Of a stretch of 32,000 nt of DNA, positions 29,141 through 32,000 are shown piece after piece. Under the pieces are notes generated by a model. The model was not told where the DNA came from. It saw only the letters and a list, made by a program, of their open reading frames with translations, and made no database searches. This DNA is from Nitrosospira multiformis ATCC 25196. GTDB taxonomy: Bacteria > Pseudomonadota > Gammaproteobacteria > Burkholderiales > Nitrosomonadaceae. A program made the translations under genes and the position numbers. The first letter of the stretch is position 1. Every line of letters begins with the position of its first letter. The stretch covers positions 120,001-152,000 of the forward strand of contig NC_007614.1 in assembly GCF_000196355.1 (NCBI RefSeq), read 5' to 3'.

Positions 29141-30487
29141 GTGATTCGAGGCTATCCCGCTTCGGCAGGCGTCGTTCCCGGCGATTCGCTGGTTCTGCAC
29201 ATTGCGACCGACGCGCCGCGCTTTCGCGTGGTTTTCTATCGTTGGGGAGAGGGTCTGCTGCGGGTGTCCGAAACGGATTGGCTGGCAGGAAAATATGCAC
29301 CTCCACGAAGCGCGGCGGAAGACTGGCAATGGCCGTCATACGCGTTTCCTGTTCCGCACGACTGGCTGTCCGGAGTCTATATTGCTCACCTGGAGGAACC
29401 GGGGGGCAATGCGGTGTCCCTGGCAATGGAAAGCGCCGCCGTCCTGTTCGTCGTCCGCGGCAGTGGACGCAGCAAGCTGCTCTACAAGATTCCGCTCGCC
29501 ACTTACCATGCCTATAACTGCACCGGCGGTGGCTGCTTCTACGTCAATCCTCCGCGTTCAGAGGACCCGCCAGGGGCCAGGCTCTCGCTGCTTCGTCCGG
29601 GTGGCGGCATCGGCGGCGAGACCTGGGGAGCGCTCGACTACTACGATTTGAGTTCGCCGCGCCAGACTTTCGCCCATTGGGATGCGCGCTTCATTCGCTG
29701 GCTGCTGCGCAATGGATACCAGCCTGAATTCTGCACCGATCTCGATATCCACTCCGATCCGGATCTGTGCGGTCGCTACCGGCTTATGCTGAGCGTGGGA
29801 CACGACGAATACTGGAGCGAGACGATACGCGACCGGACGGAAGATTTTGTGTCAAAAGGAGGCAACGTTGCCTTCTTCGGCGCCAACCTCTGCTGGTGGC
29901 GAATTCATATCCTGCATGGCGGAGCGGCGATGCTATGCCATCAAGGCGGTCCTCATGGAGCGCTTGATCACTGGTGGCCATCCACAGGTGTGGCTCGTCC
30001 CGAGGATTCGCTGACAGGGGTGAGTTATCGGAACGGGGGCGGCTGGTGGGATGGGCCCCGGAACACGGGAGGGTATATCGTGCAGGATCCGGAGCACTGG
30101 GTGTTTGCCGGCACAGGGTTGGGTCGCGGCGATGCGTTTGGTGACAAAACCTCGCCACCCCTGGTCGGATACGAGTGCGATGGCGCTCCGCTGGATGACT
30201 TCGACAAGGCTTCGGGACTTGCAGTCCTTTCCTCGAACGCCGGAAATACCGGTACTCCAGAGGGGTTTCGTGTTCTGGCGGCAAGCGTGCTGGATGGCAA
30301 TTGGCAGGAACTCCCCCCTCGGGAGGCTTATCCCGCCCGTGAAGGTATTCACGCGGCAACAATGGGAATTTTTTCGCGGAACGGCGCGGTGTTCACCGCG
30401 GGAACTACCGACTGGGCTCAGGTACTCGAAAATCCGCTGGTCGATGCCATCACACGTAATGTCATCGACCAGCTGCTTCGCGAGTAA
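29141..30487 (+). CDS. N,N-dimethylformamidase large-subunit-like (DmfA2-like, GATase-1-like fold) family protein, function unknown
   Basis: 448-aa ORF with a GTG start and CAGGAG ~8 nt upstream, 26 nt after the carbamoyltransferase stop. Blocks FIRWLLRNGYQPEFCTDLDIH, LSVGHDEYWSETIRD, KGGNVAFFGANLCWWRI and VGYECDG match my recollection of this family. Confidence 0.55.
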   Translation: MIRGYPASAGVVPGDSLVLHIATDAPRFRVVFYRWGEGLLRVSETDWLAGKYAPPRSAAEDWQWPSYAFPVPHDWLSGVYIAHLEEPGGNAVSLAMESAAVLFVVRGSGRSKLLYKIPLATYHAYNCTGGGCFYVNPPRSEDPPGARLSLLRPGGGIGGETWGALDYYDLSSPRQTFAHWDARFIRWLLRNGYQPEFCTDLDIHSDPDLCGRYRLMLSVGHDEYWSETIRDRTEDFVSKGGNVAFFGANLCWWRIHILHGGAAMLCHQGGPHGALDHWWPSTGVARPEDSLTGVSYRNGGGWWDGPRNTGGYIVQDPEHWVFAGTGLGRGDAFGDKTSPPLVGYECDGAPLDDFDKASGLAVLSSNAGNTGTPEGFRVLAASVLDGNWQELPPREAYPAREGIHAATMGIFSRNGAVFTAGTTDWAQVLENPLVDAITRNVIDQLLRE

Positions 30488-30564
30488 TCAGGGGATTTCT
30501 GCTCTGTGCTGCAAATCGTCTTGCGATGGAGCCGACAGCATTGGCAGCAATTCATTCGAGGCGA

Positions 30565-32000
30565 TCAGTTCCGGATCAGCTCCTGAAAGAGTTTTGCCCA
30601 GCGCGCAATGGTGCCAGCATCAAACGCGCCGATGCCCTTTTTGAGCGCCTGTTCCTTGACGCGCTTTGCAACTTCAACTCTCCATTCATCCCGTAACACC
30701 AGGTCCTGTGCTTCGGCCCAGGCCTGCACCTGCGCCACCACGGGCTTGCCGTTGACCAGGACGTCCGCAAAGGCCGTGTCCGTATTCCTCTCCCAGCGGT
30801 CTATTACTTGTGCAAAAAACGGTGCAGGTATCAGATCTTCTGTCGTGGAGTTGCTGAAGAGAACGTAATTATCCGTCGAAAAGATACGCTCCTGCGCGTC
30901 GCTGTACAAATCCGACTTCAACTCTGCATTGATCTGCTTTCCTGCTTCGTCATCCCGCAGGACTACCTTGGGCAGCGGCTCGTCGCGCCCACTAATGATG
31001 CTTGCGATCACGCCTACCGTTTTGCTGGCGCCAGCCGGCGGAAAGAGCAGTTCGCGCTTCGGGGCTATCTTGTTTGCCCCAATGAGGAGTGTCTTGATGG
31101 TCGAGAGATAATATTGATCCGAGACGCGCTGCACGACGACCGGTTGACAGCCCGTTACCATGCTCTCGGCAATATTCAGGTTCAAGGCCGAGTGAACCAC
31201 ATAGGCGGCTCCCGCCTGCCGGACATCCTTTTCCACGCTACGAAGGTCCGACGTCACTTGCGTCGTTCCGTTCGCGGAAACATATACCTTGCGCGCGCGT
31301 CCCAGGTGCTCTGCATCCAGCAGGAATGGTGAATGGGTCGTGTAGAGGATTTTGTTGACTTTTGCAAGACTGTCAAAGAAGGCAAAAAGGTTGCGCTGCG
31401 CCAGGGGGTGCAGGGACAATCCGGGCTCGTCCAGCAACAAGACGGCGTTCTGGTGCTCACCCCCGCTTTCCACGAGGAAGACCAGATAAAAACTCAGAAA
31501 CCACTGCAGCCCCGTGCTTCTGCTTTCGAGCTCAACTTCCTCCGGGCGGCGGTCATCGGAAACCCATATGCGGAAATGGCTTCCATCCGCTTCGAAGCGG
31601 AATTTGTAATCTCCCTGCTTCCACCAGTTTCTGAACTTTTCCGTCAGAAGCCCGCCTGCCGATTGCAGCAGGATGGAACGCTCCCTTTTCTTCATCGCGA
31701 TTTCCCGGATTTCTTCCACTGTGGGTTCACGACGACGGCCCTTGCGCCTTGGAAAGTCCCGCCCGAGTTCAAGAATTTCTCCCGGCTCGAGGCCTACGAA
31801 TTTAAAAAGAACGCGCAATGTACGCGACTTGGCTGCTTCTCTGGGCCCAAGGTCAGTGCGTTGAAGATTCTGTACTACGTGGGGAAGATAGATTTCAGAA
31901 TCGAGATTTCCGAATTCAGAGTAATAGACAAATTTGGGAAGGGAGTGGATGACCGTATCCACAACATCCTCTGCCTCTTCCCCCGATGATCTCCTGATCT
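30565..32000 (-). CDS. ABC/OLD-type ATPase with a C-terminal Toprim-like region; 5' end outside the window
   Basis: The frame is open to the window edge (..IRRSSGEEAEDVVDTVIHSLPKFVYY..). Signature-like RSTGLQWFLSF, Walker B VLLLDEPGLSLHP and H-loop YTTHSPF are present, and Walker A must lie beyond 32000. The C-terminal PVVVQRVSDQYYL ... VVLRDDEAG resembles Toprim motifs. Confidence 0.7.
   Translation of the reverse strand, partial: IRRSSGEEAEDVVDTVIHSLPKFVYYSEFGNLDSEIYLPHVVQNLQRTDLGPREAAKSRTLRVLFKFVGLEPGEILELGRDFPRRKGRRREPTVEEIREIAMKKRERSILLQSAGGLLTEKFRNWWKQGDYKFRFEADGSHFRIWVSDDRRPEEVELESRSTGLQWFLSFYLVFLVESGGEHQNAVLLLDEPGLSLHPLAQRNLFAFFDSLAKVNKILYTTHSPFLLDAEHLGRARKVYVSANGTTQVTSDLRSVEKDVRQAGAAYVVHSALNLNIAESMVTGCQPVVVQRVSDQYYLSTIKTLLIGANKIAPKRELLFPPAGASKTVGVIASIISGRDEPLPKVVLRDDEAGKQINAELKSDLYSDAQERIFSTDNYVLFSNSTTEDLIPAPFFAQVIDRWERNTDTAFADVLVNGKPVVAQVQAWAEAQDLVLRDEWRVEVAKRVKEQALKKGIGAFDAGTIARWAKLFQELIRN

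Noticed and set aside
31333-31989. 218-aa plus-strand ORF
   Set aside because: Antisense to the ATPase gene, which has clear Walker B and H-loop motifs.

Overview
Chromosomal window with three blocks that differ in base composition by eye. All family assignments come from motif recognition by eye, not from database searches.

Block 1 (1 to ~10138, AT-rich) is the right-hand part of an accessory island. It abuts a truncated comM/yifB gene and ends in a decayed tyrosine-recombinase gene. It looks like a phage-defence island and carries:
- a HigB/Gp49-like toxin with an XRE antitoxin;
- a DcdV-type kinase-like/dCMP-deaminase fusion;
- a Septu-like ATPase + HNH pair (PtuA/PtuB);
- an orphan zinc-ribbon/DUF2971-like gene;
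- a secreted astacin-like metalloprotease with a neighbouring lipoprotein;
- an IS3-family remnant at the window edge.

Block 2 (~10139-22161, GC-rich) holds ordinary proteobacterial housekeeping genes (ubiK, amgK-murU, pepP-ubiH, dusB-fis, purH, purD, hemF) and ends in tRNA-Ala(CGC).

Block 3 (22162-32000) is a second, mosaic island at the tRNA. It carries:
- a truncated P4-type integrase;
- an intact IS3-family (IS407-group) element with a 4-bp target duplication;
- a degenerate second copy of the tRNA 3' end plus the integrase-upstream region;
- a sulfotransferase / JmjC-cupin oxygenase / NodU-CmcH carbamoyltransferase / dimethylformamidase-large-subunit-like cluster;
- a 5'-incomplete ABC/OLD-type ATPase with a Toprim-like tail.

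No rRNA, CRISPR array or phage structural genes were seen.

Best leads for new biology are the orphan Zn-ribbon/DUF2971-like gene, the ORF-poor stretch beside known defence genes, the four-enzyme tailoring cluster, and the atypical ATPase at the right edge.
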